Below, in pieces: positions 52,710 to 64,000 of a DNA stretch of 64,000 nucleotides; the first letter of the stretch is position 1, and each line of letters opens with the position of its first letter. A program made the translations under genes and the position numbers. Source of the stretch: Octopus sinensis. Its lineage: Eukaryota. The notes under the pieces were generated by a model that saw only the letters and a list, made by a program, of their open reading frames with translations, did no database searches and was not told the DNA's origin. The stretch lies in contig NC_043001.1 of assembly GCF_006345805.1 (NCBI RefSeq), forward strand, positions 1,302,001 through 1,366,000, read 5' to 3'.

Positions 52710-52829
52710 ACAGGCAAGGCTGTGAGGCAAGAAGTTTGTGGGACTTTGGGCAAGTGTCTTCTACTATAGCCTCAGGCCAATCAAATCCTTGTGAGTGGAT
52801 TTGGTTGATGGAAACTGAAAGAAGCCCAT

Positions 52830-52896
<67 letters not shown>

Positions 52897-53090
52897 ATAA
52901 ATGTATATGTTTCTGTATCTGTGTATCTGTGTTTGTCCCCCCACCATCGCTTGACAACTGGTGTTGGTGTATTTATATTTCTTAGTGTTTGACCAAAGAG
53001 ACTGATAGAATAAGTTTTGGGGTCAATTTCTTTGAGTAAAGATGTGCTCCAGCATGGCCGCAGTCAAATGACTGAAACAAATAAAAGAAT
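52710..53090 (+). mobile_element. SINE family A with internal CT/TA microsatellite and tail
   Basis: ttgggcaagtgtcttctactatagcc...ggaaactgaaagaagccc...gtttgtccccc accatcgcttgac...gctccagcatggccgcagtcaaatgactgaaac. Confidence 0.85.
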
Positions 53091-54066
53091 AAAAATAGTA
53101 TACAAAATATGTGTCTGATACAGAAGAACCCTCACCAAGGCCAATCAAAGAATCTCACAGATCCAGAATTATCTAGAATAGTAAAAGCACATGTCCTCAC
53201 CCAGTAGTTGTTGTCTAACCCACAGGTGTATGCTAAGAGTAGGTCCATTCCCCTGAATCATTTTTGCCATGGTCACCCACCTTTTAACAAATCCACTGAG
53301 AGAGGGAGAGAGTACTTTATTCTCCATTCTCATATTCCTTCTCAAGTGGAACTGAAAAAGATCAATGAGGACTTGACCAAAGAAGAAAGTGTCTTTTGCC
53401 AATCCTTTCAGCACCATGAATCATGTATCTTCGTTTGCCAAAGTCACTTGACAGAGGAACATTGCCTGGCTTGTTAAAGTTTGGTGTTGGGCTGATCCTC
53501 ATGATGGACTCTGCTGAGTGTCAAATTCGACCCCCACAAATACAACAACAACTATTCAACATATTATATACAGGGCTCCAGTGCACTACAACTCATCAGA
53601 AAAGGATGAAAGGGGAGACAGAAAGGGGACATTTGAGTCAAGTAAAGAAAGAGAGTAATGAAAGCCACAATGGACATCCACAGTCAACAGAATAAAACGA
53701 AAAATCAAGAAAAGTGAACAGCGAAGAGGTAAAGGACCATAAGTATGTCAAGAATTCCTCATCATCATCATCGTCGTTAAAACCACCACCACCACCACCA
53801 CCACCATCATCATCATCATTTACCATCAGTTTTCCATGCTAGTATGGGTTGAATGTTTTGATGGGAGTAAGGCCAGGGGTCACATGAGGTTCCATTATCT
53901 GTTGGCGAATTTGGGAAACAGGGAATATTTGTCCTGACAGCTAACAACTAAAGGCAGGTAGCTTATGCCATGCGTCAACAATTCTGAGCTTCTGTTTATT
54001 GAAAGTTTCAGCCACTGGTTTGGATATAAAGGGACACAAAATAAACATAGGTTCCTACCAATGTAA

Positions 54067-54099
<33 letters not shown>

Positions 54100-54297
54100 C
54101 ACGTGTGTGCACACACAATTCTATTAACCACATTGTAAACAAACACACATTTCTATACAGTTTCCTTTTACCAAATTCCGCTACCTTTGAATTGGCCAGC
54201 ACAAGAACTACAATAGAAGAATTACACTAAGTACCATACCATGTGTTGAACTTGAAATGTAAACTTATTCACACAGCTCTGTCGTCATGATAATGAT

Positions 54298-54605
54298 GAT
54301 CATCATCATCGTTTAACGTCTGTTTTCCATGCTGGCATGGGTTGGATGGTTTGACTGAGGTCTGGAGGCTCCAATCTGATCCGGCAATGTTTCTACAGCT
54401 GGATGCCCTTCCTAACGCCAACCACTCTGAGAGTGTAGTGGGTGCTTTTTATGTGCCACTGGCACAGGAGCCAGTTAGGTGGGCCTGGAATCAATTACAT
54501 TCTGAAAGTTCTTTTTATGTGCCACCAACAAAGGGGCCAGTCAGAGGGTACTGGCATCTGCCATGTTCAGATGGTGCCTTTTACAAGCCACCAGCACTGG
54601 AGCCA
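54298..54605 (-). mobile_element. RTE 3'-tail fragment (same family as 10721)
   Basis: catcatcatcgtttaacgtctgttttccatgctggcatgggttgga...ctacagctggatgcccttcctaacgccaaccact...tttatgtgccac, repeated. Confidence 0.85.
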
Positions 54606-56590
54606 AGGAGCTTAACACACTGAATAAAAGAATTCAAATATATGTCACCCCTATTATGTTATTCCTACCCTAGGGGCCACATTTAAATTACCCTTATTGT
54701 ATCACCCTTTTCCTGGGGCCACATTTACCATGATTCCCTGTTTTCCCCTTGCAAATGTTGTCACTTTGAAAGTTCTCCCTTGCACTTGTTAACAACATCA
54801 ACTCATCGGATGATCTGTGAAGACGATGGGCTCAGCATCTTCTGCCAAATCAAATCTTTAAGAAAACTAACCCTAAGACACCAGTATGAGTGTTTGGTTG
54901 AGAAGTTAGCTTTTGAAGAACATGGCTTTGAGCAAGTATCTTTTATAGATTAGGGCTTGGGCAAGTGGGTCCTGAGTGTATTCAAAAAACAGAAACTGAA
55001 AGAAGCCCATTGTAATTGCATGTGGTTGCATCTATACTTCTCCAAAAAATCACTTCATCAAAGGCAGTGATGCTGTAATTTCTCTTATCAATAACATCAA
55101 TTACTATAATAAGAGATACCTTAGTTGAAAACAGAGGACTTAAAGGGCATTTGATTGGAAAACAATGCCTCAACAATATGGACATGAAGCTCATGCTGGC
55201 TTGGAAAAACAAATGTTAAATAAAATGGGTTATTCTTAATAAATATAATTTTGCTAAACTAATCCTGATGGAGATCTTCAGGGAAGGGATCATAAAAAAA
55301 ATGGTAAGTGCTCAATACGTTTGTATAATGTTGGCACCACTAAACAGTTTGTTATCCTGAAATTCTGAATGGAAACAACTGTAGCAACATGTACAGAGAA
55401 GAAGATCCTGACAACAGCAACACAAGACATCAATCCAGTTTCTATTTTCAGTTGATTTCAATGCACTGCTATGATAAAATAAACACCTACCTCCTTCTTA
55501 TGATGACCAATATAATTCACTTAAAAGTGATGGCCATTGTAATTTAGCAGAAAGAAGAGAATATTGCAGGTATTAGTTGTCAGGTAAATGGGAAAAGAAA
55601 TGATTTTAATTTTCTTTCAGTTAAGAATTAATTTTGTTCAGTGATGAAGGTTTCTATTATTAATAAATGAAATCTGCTGAAATAAGCTGCTTTATGAAAT
55701 ATTGATATTCTAAATATTTAAACATATAAAAGGATAATAAATTAGATTTATAATGCATTAATATGCAAAGAGACGGAGCTGCAGTAACAGATAAGTATGG
55801 CAATGTATAAATAGAGGAGTATATACAGAGTTATGTCTGTGTGTATACCATGTAATATAACGTGTGTGTGTGTGAGTGTGTGTGTGTGTGTGTGTGAGCG
55901 AGGGAGTGTGTGTGTGTTTACATTTATTGTGTTAGCTCTATATACAAAACTATAACAGTTCACATTTGCTGGGGGATGTGAAGGCTGTAATGATATATAT
56001 TTATATGATAGAGCTGCTGCCAGATGCACACACAAACACACACACAAAATACATGAGCAGATATATATCTATATATATATACACGCACACTCACCATGTA
56101 CATACATTATATAAGTAAAGAGTGAACAGAACTGCCTATGGGATTCCAAATATGTATCTGTCATAAAGCAACAGATGCATGGTTCAATTCCCAAAGGCAG
56201 TTCTGTTCACTTTTTCTACCTTATGTCTTATTTGTAAATGTTTAATACACACACACATCTTTATTAGGTGATATATTAAATATGTGTGTGTATGAGAGAG
56301 AGAGAGAGAGAGAGACTATGTGTGAGAGAGTGTATGTATGCGTGAGTGTGGATGGGATTTTGTATTAGTGGGTGTATATGTTTGTGTGCATGTGAGGAGT
56401 GTAAATAGGAAACTTTTGATAAAAGAACAAATTACAAAACATTGTGAGTAGTTTTTTTTCCTGTCAGTTGTGAATCGAAGTACATACAGATGCACAAGCA
56501 TCTATCCATTCTGTCTGTCTGCCTGCCTGCCTGTGTGTCTAGCTGTCTATCTTTCTCTCTAACTATCTATCTATCTGCCTATCTATCTGC

Positions 56591-56636
<46 letters not shown>

Positions 56637-56683
56637 GTCTACATGTGCACGTATGCATGCATGTGTGCACGTGTGGTACATGT

Positions 56684-56748
56684 AGCCCTCTATGCACCAT
56701 AGTTTCATACTATTACCCATGAATTAGGGCAATAAACTTCATCAGGCT
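56684..56748 (-). ncRNA. Hammerhead-like motif with intact core boxes and a damaged cleavage site
   Basis: agc-CTGATGA-agtt-TATTGCCC-taattcat-GGGTAATA-gtat-GAAA-CTATG-gtg-CATAG-agg-gct. Stem II 8 bp (one G-U), stem III 5 bp, stem I agc/gct; no UH at the cleavage position. Confidence 0.6.
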
Positions 56749-57599
56749 TCCATAATTGCTGAGACAAAGGATAGGATGGTGCTATATCACACAATGTGTG
56801 ATGTCACCAGAGTTCTCTCTCTCTTTGTTGGAAAGAGATAACAAAGGCATCATATAATATCTGCAAGCTTATACTAGATCTCTCTATTTATTATTGATGT
56901 GTAATGGTATATAATGTAATATTTCTCAGCCAAACATAAACTGCATCCGTTTGAATTATTTTTGTATGGGTAGCAATGTCAAAGATAGACATACAATATC
57001 TTAAAAGTCACCCAATTCTTTTTTTGGTTGTGTTTAGTCAGTGATGTAATATTTTCTTTATTAAAGTATTTGAAAGAGCTCATATGCTGGTGTAGTCTGT
57101 TCTTAAATGTGTGTCCTGTTAAGCTGATGGAAGAAACAATACTGACATTATTTTCACATGTACCTAGTAGGCTACATGATGTACTTAGTCATACATTGGT
57201 TACTCACTGGAGAAAAAAAAGATGGGATGGTCACAGAATGTATTTCATGGATGGAATGATCACAGAATGCTTGATTCAAGATGAGCTGTACAAAAGTAGA
57301 TTTAGTGTGATGTCATACTGGGATTTTAAGGGAATTAATTATCAATATTTGCAATATTATGTTGGAATGCTTTCTCTTACAACCATTTCAGTTTATAGAA
57401 ATCACATTCAACACGTTCTGGACATTGAGCTGCTTGGAAGAAAAAAATTAATTATTTTTGCTGCCTTAAAACTCAAAAGTGAGAATAATTGATGGTTTAT
57501 AGACATTAAATGGAGGAAAAGAAATTTCTGGTATTTAGTTTTGAAAAAGGAAGAATTTGTATCTTTTGTAATTTTTTTATATCTTTTATTTATTTATTT

Positions 57600-57810
57600 A
57601 TTTATTTCAGTTATTAAATTGCAGCCATGCTGGGGCACTGTCTTGAAGAACTTTTAGTCAAATGAATTGACCCCATAGCTTATTTCTTTTTAAAGCCTGG
57701 TACTTATTCTATCAGTCTTTTTTGCCAAACTACTAAGTTACAAGGATGTAAACACACCAACACCAGTTGTGGAATGATGGTGGGGGGCAAGCACAGACAC
57801 AAAGACACAC
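57600..57810 (-). mobile_element. SINE family A tail module
   Basis: gcagccatgctggggcac...gcctggtacttattctatcagtc...ctaagttacaaggatgtaaac. Confidence 0.75.
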
Positions 57811-57877
57811 CCACCCACATACATATATATATGTGCATGTGTATGTGTGTGTGTGTGTGTTTGTGTATATATATATT

Positions 57878-58207
57878 TAGGGTAAAGATCCTCTTTGGTC
57901 ATGAATGACAATGTGATTGCACCTAGAATGTTCCTCTCCGAGGCACAAGTCTGGGTGAGGTTGTTTATGGAAGGCCAGCAGTTGCCTATGCATACCAGCC
58001 TCCACTCTCCAGGCCATCGATGTTATCCAAAGGAAAGGCAGAGGGGCCGATACAGCTTGGCACCAGTAATGTTGCAACTCATTTCTACAGCTGAGTGAAC
58101 TGGAGCAACGTGAAATAAAGTGTCTTGCTCAAGAACACAACACACAGCCTGGTCCAGGAATTGAACTCTCTACCTCATGATTGTGAGCCCAATGCTCAAA
58201 CCACTGA
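57878..58207 (-). mobile_element. Full-length SINE family C inserted in the TA tract of a family A copy
   Basis: Head tcagtggtttgagcattgggctcac...gagttcaattcc...gtgttcttgagcaagacactttatttcacgttgctccagttcactcagctg; TA repeats on both sides. The host family A body resumes at 58220-58345. Confidence 0.82.
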
Positions 58208-59252
58208 ATATATATATAAGACAGACTTCTTTCAGTTTCTGTTTACCAAATCAACTCACAAGGTTTTAATTGGTCTGATGCTTTAGTAGAAAATACTTTC
58301 CCACGATGCCATGATGTTGGCCTGAACACAGAAACACGTGGGTGGAAGCAAGTTTCTTACTACACATTTATGCCTTTGTCTTCAATTAACTTTTCCTATC
58401 TCTAAATTTCTGGTCTGGTACCTAAGTAAAATCCTTAATTAGACTGAAGTCTAGAACATATTAATTAAGTATGAGGTTATGTTGGAATGTTTTAATTTAG
58501 AATCAAACATTTTTAATATGAGATACATTTATAACTGAATGAAAGGTGGTCTCAGGTAAGGTTTATATCTCAAAAGGTCAAACACATCAAGATATTTGTT
58601 GAGTGACTCCATAAGAACCACAGCCTTGGATACAGGCATAAGCAGGTTTCAAGGAGATGACATCATCATCATCATAATGATAAACCAAATGAAGAGAAAT
58701 ACATCGTATTCAGCTTTTGTCAAGATACAAGTTTGAGGGTTTTGGTAATTAAAGAAAATTAGTCTTTTGAGTGGTTGATTTATTGTCTTTTATTGACTGG
58801 AAGGATATTATATTCCAAGTAACTGGTGTATGGAAGGATTAAAGTTTAAGTGCTTCTCAAACTGAAGCATCTATTGTTCTAATCTCTAGCATTCATTTCC
58901 TTCTATCTCTCTGATATCTGCAAGAACCCAATGGGATGTTATGTTCTGCTAAGCCTCCTTTCATCTTTACAATAACAACAAATAATCAAATCAACGTAAT
59001 TACGCAAAAGCTTTTCTCTTGCAAGCTTTACATTTGAACATCTACATTTTTTCCCCAGAACACTGTAGAGACATTGTTCATGGCAGTTTGTCATTACTCA
59101 TGGTAACAATTATAAAAGAGATCCAAAGATAATCTAATTCTGATATCAAACCGAACAGCAGCCAGTCATTTATCATGAAGACATGTCTGCTGCCATGAAT
59201 ATTCCAACTCTCTGGCCACAGATATTTTGGTTCAGAAGAAAAACTAAAAAAA

Positions 59253-59285
<33 letters not shown>

Positions 59286-60749
59286 AACATGAATATCATT
59301 TATTGAGTCATGTTACATTGGCACTTAGTTCTGAGTCACAGAGTCTGTAGAAGTAGCCTGATGACTCTGATGACAGGGAATTACATGTAAATGGATAGGT
59401 ACTGTTGAAATAGTTGGAATTTATGATGCTAAACTGGAATTGTTTCATCACTTTCTAATTGATCAACAGTTCTACAGTTGGTGCCAGTGATAGAATTCTT
59501 CCAATTTGGATATTTGCATGAGAATTTGAGGATCAATTAGTTTGTGAAATGACTGTCTTAATTCAAGTTATTCAACTGTAAAGGAATGACACCACACAAT
59601 GGCTGGAGAAAGGTTCCAGTTCAACCATTCCAGTAAGCCGGTACGTTAAAGTACTTTAAAATTGTGACTACTGTGCCTCTTTGAAAGTAAATCCAACAAG
59701 GATGCATGACATCAGTGCCTAACCAAAATTTTGCAGACACTCATATATTTCATAGTATCAAGCAGTGAACTAGTAGTTATTAGAGTGACAAACAAGAGTA
59801 CCCTGGGGTATTCAGTTTTATTCTTGTAATTCTTAGTTCAAATCCCACCAAGTCCATCTTTGTATTTCGTCCTTTCAAGTCAATAAATATAAAACCAGTC
59901 CAGTACTGGGGCTTTTCTTTCTCTTTCTCTCAGTGAAAATTATTGGTTATAGTAAAATCTGGGGAGATTTGGTCTCTTATAAAATGTCCAAGACAAACCA
60001 TAAATAATTATGGCAACCTCATACCCATATTGCCAAGGCATATTCGATTGTACAAAATTAAAAAATTGCCAATTATTCTTTTACTTAAACAGAGAAGAAT
60101 GAAAGGTAAACTCAACCCCGGTGGGTTTTGAACCCAAAACATTCTAATGTTGTCAATATGGACTTCTACTGTTTAGTTTTATTAATAAAATATGGTTTAC
60201 AAGAGAGAAATGATAGTTTCTGTTTATTTACCTTATCCTTATTGGGTGGTGTAGCAGTGGTTGTATTAGAGCCAGAACGTGAAGGGATTAGAAGAAATCA
60301 GAAGAACAAAGCATTGCTGATCAAATGACAGTGTGATGGCAGTGTAAGAAATGTGGGGCTCTGTGATGTTATCCAGAAGCAAAGGATGTGGAAGATATCT
60401 ACAAAGACTGGACACATTCTAATCGTAATGAATATTAAAGCTATCAGCTGGTATAGATATCTATTCCTTTTTAATGCATGATTGACCATGCAAACATGGC
60501 TGAGAGAGGAGAAAATTTGAAAAGGAGAAGTTTTATGGCTACAGGCTTTTCATATCACCAACCTTTACCTGTTTTACAAATGTAGAATTATTTGCATTAT
60601 ATATATATATAATATGTGACAATTAGTTGGTTGTCATAATAAACTCAGAGTTTCAGATGCTGGAGTGGACAACCAATTGTCACATATTATATTCATAGAT
60701 AAATTCCTCTATTTTATGTAATATTGCGGTTGCATTCATTCTTTTGTTG

Positions 60750-60751
<2 letters not shown>

Positions 60752-60788
<37 letters not shown>

Positions 60789-60791
60789 TAA

Positions 60792-60872
<81 letters not shown>

Positions 60873-60885
60873 AAGATAGATATAG
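60752..60885. repeat. Compound (TA)n(TAGA)n microsatellite
   Basis: Direct reading. Confidence 0.97.
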
Positions 60886-61020
60886 ACTTCTTTAATTTTT
60901 TATCTACTAAATCTCAACACAAGGCATTGGTCAGTCCAGGACCATAGAACACTTGTTAAATATTTTGGCATTAGACTATTGCTCTTCTCAAATCTTCTTG
61001 TTCTGTTTTCCTGCAGCATT

Positions 61021-61248
61021 TTAACCCTTTAGTGTTTAAACCGGCCATATCCGGCCAAAATATTCTACCTATTTTATGTTCAAACTAGTCAGATATGGTT
61101 GTTCATAGCTATCTTATTGTGTCATTCTGAAAATAAAGAATCACATTATTGAAATCTCAAAGCCATGAAATGATGCAAGATTAATTTTACATGGTGTGAA
61201 TACATAAGCTTTACATTTTACAGAATAATCTGAATGCTAAAGGGTTAA
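61021..61248. mobile_element. piggyBac-type MITE with TTAA target duplication
   Basis: TTAA-CCCTTTAG at 61021 and CTAAAGGG-TTAA ending at 61248; 220-bp non-coding body. Confidence 0.85.
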
Positions 61249-63454
61249 ATAGCAAGTCATTAGCATCAGGTTCACCTGCGTTGGGATACCTTCAAAAGTC
61301 ATGGGTACTGCTCTTTCTTCCAGACTCACCAATTAAAAGAAAGGTTGGTCAAAACTAGAAATGTTGATCAAACTTATAATCTTTCTGTATCCCTCTCAAT
61401 CTCACACTAACAACAGTAACTAACTCATTCAAATTAACGATTTTACTCACAACTAAATCATGTTAAATATCACCATATTTTCCTTTATCCTTTCTCTTTT
61501 AAATAGATCCATCTATTATTATTGTTATTATTACCATTATTATTATTATTATTATTATTATTAAAGTCAGTTTGATTTATATCTTCAGTGACTCAGACTA
61601 AAACCACTTAATGTGCTCTGTTGTTCATTTTCCCCTTCTTTTTCTATTGTCTTTTACTGAAGTAATTCCAACCGAAACAACTATTTGTACAACCATTAGA
61701 AATTCTTTAATTAATCAATTATGGATACTGATCTGAAATATCAATGAGAGAGAAAACATTTTGGTTTTGTTTTGTTTTTTAAATGTCTAATTAAGTTGAT
61801 TTAATATTACAGTACACTGCTAGAAGAGGAGGTGCTAAATCATATATTTATAGTTTTGTTCCTGATTTTTATTTTAATTTCTTTTATTTGATTTTTTAAA
61901 AAATATTTGTGGTCATTGTGGTGGTTGCGGTGGTTAAAACAACTTGAATCAGTAAAATAATGTCTGGGGTTGAACGAATGATGACGATGATGATGTCATA
62001 AGGTGGACTGATTGATTAAACGATAAACTAATGCCAGCGATTTGATCTATGAAGCACAATCACACACAAGATAGCTTCTTTGGTTTTGTGTTTTTGGTGG
62101 GAATATCATTTATCAGTTCATGAAAATATAATTATTTCCTGCAGAGCCAGGAATCCGGAGATATTTACAAAAAGGTTACTTTTTTAATGTTGTTATTGTT
62201 GTTTAGTTCAAAGTTTAGTCTTAGCCAGACATGATTGAAAAGATTCTAGCCTTGACCATCCCATCTTGTTTTCTGACATTCACATCAGTCTTGGCAGAAT
62301 AAACACCATCGACTGTGTCCTTCCCTTTATTATAAAACGGTTGCATGTAATCGGGACTGCAGAGAGACAGTTCTTTTAGTTTAGACCCTGTTGTTGTTTG
62401 GTCCCAGGTCAAATCTGACTGAAAAAATTTATGATCAAAGACACTCCAATCATGACCATTCCAACTTTTTCCTGTTTGCAAGGAATACAATGTATTGTTT
62501 TAAGATACTAATCTGTGGCATGAAGGACATTTTACTACTATTTCTAGCATATTCGAAGAACTTCATAATTTAGTCAGTTCGACCTCATTTAGGCTTTTTG
62601 ATAAAACCATTTCACATACCTTTTGCTAATAAATGTCCTTTAAAAACATTAAATTTTTTTTTTAGATTATAGGTCTCTAAAGAGGCATTGCTCTTGTTCA
62701 TGTTTACTATGCTTTTGTTGCTATGTTCATCAAGCTTTCTGTCTGGTCTCAAAAATATCTCATGACATGAGCACAAGACCACAAAAGAGATTTCACTCAC
62801 ATTCATTCTAACTCTGCTGTCATTGCTCAATACAGAGTAAGCTTTGCTTGCCATTGCTACCGTATTAAACAACAGATTGTATCAAATGCTACATTTTGAA
62901 GACTTCTACATTATCAGAGGATGAAGACCACATAACTACGTTGGTATTATTGGCAGAGAAACATAACTTGAAATTGTGGAACTTCCAAAGCTTAATGGGA
63001 GATAGAAAATCCTGGCATCGCATGGAGAAATGCTTCCCATTTGCAGGAACTTGAAGTAGCTAAAGCAAGAATTATAAGTTTCACTCTTGACATTGGTTAG
63101 TGTTTTGCCTAAGGCAAGCCCCTAAGTCGATTCTGCTCAACCAAACTAATACCCACCCTTGTTCTTCAATCACTACACTGACCTCTTTTTTCACCTGTTT
63201 ATTCCCTCCTCTCACTCTTATGAAAGCATATCCCCTCCCATCATCCACTTGTCCTCTCTTTTGCTCACTTTCTTGTTCCTTGTTACTGCATAGTTTGTTT
63301 ATGCTTACCCCCCTCCTATCTCCCAGATATTTCCTCTATAGCAACACACTCATGTTTGACTGTCATACTTTGGCCATTCAACACCTGGCATACATCCACT
63401 TATCACCACTTTCCCCTGAGCTTTTTTTCTCTCCTGCAAGTTACATGGCAACCT

Positions 63455-63650
63455 CACTAGTGCCAGTGGCATACAAATAAAGAAGCACCCAGTAAACTCT
63501 CTTAAGTGGTTGGCATTAGGTGGAGCATCTAACTGTAGAAATCATGCCAAAAATTACACTGACGCCCAATGCAGTCCTGCAGCTCAGTGGTTCTTTGTCA
63601 AACTGCTTTATTCTTGCCAGCATGGAAAACAGATGTTAAACGATGATCAT
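63455..63650 (+). mobile_element. Diverged RTE 3'-tail fragment
   Basis: gtgccagtggcatac...gtggttggcattagg...gcatctaactgtagaaa...tgccagcatggaaaacagatgttaaacgatgat. Confidence 0.7.
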
Positions 63651-64000
63651 GATAATTCCAGCCATGACTGTCCACTCTTATTTCAGGTACAGTATATTTT
63701 GGACTACATTATCCAGTGGCAACTTACTTTATTTTTGACATGAAGGGTACGATATGAGACTTATTTGGCTACTATTTCTAACTGGTCAAACAACCCTATT
63801 AAGGCTCTCCAATTGCCATGAGTTGTATGATACATCATCTAAAGTAAAATTAATTTCTCTGTTTGGTAGGAAAAACCTCAAAGAAAAGTGGAATCCTTTA
63901 TTGCCGTATTTCTATTGAAATAATCTGTTTGCATTCCAATTAATTTTGAAATTAAAGAATTTAGTAAAATAACTTTTGTCATTGTTAATTTGGGGTTTGG

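Noticed and set aside
53208-53477. His/Cys-rich 89-aa ORF after a ctaac...cag acceptor-like site
   Set aside because: No zinc-finger spacing or family motif recognised, and it ends in a stop with no supporting exons.
62612-63050. Minus-strand ORF or LINE RT relic (AFDT, FLRPDR)
   Set aside because: The motif-like words are in the wrong order for an RT and too short to be significant.

Overview
Eukaryotic, AT-rich, repeat-saturated non-coding DNA. The mix of tRNA-derived SINE families, RTE tails ending in (ATG)n and dense TA/CA/TCTA microsatellites points to an octopus (coleoid cephalopod) genome; this is an inference. No intact host protein-coding gene, tRNA, rRNA or CRISPR array is supported, and almost all listed ORFs are microsatellite or transposon noise. 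The window holds: (1) two RTE 3' ends joined tail-to-tail at 9.4-12.2 kb, one with a PHD finger inside its reverse transcriptase (RT); (2) a nested retroelement pile at 14.5-27.3 kb (two CR1-like LINEs, two Penelope-like elements, a CRE-clade endonuclease relic, a Mag-type Gypsy element and a solo LTR) with a near-identical 470-bp duplication 8.2 kb apart; (3) many SINEs and piggyBac-type MITEs; (4) five hammerhead-ribozyme-like motifs, all degenerate and all on the minus strand. The best leads are the single-strand hammerhead set, the templated duplication at the Gypsy primer-binding site (PBS), the RTE palindrome with its amplified hairpin module, and the PHD-in-RT. All alignments and folds were done by eye, and boundaries of old relics are approximate.
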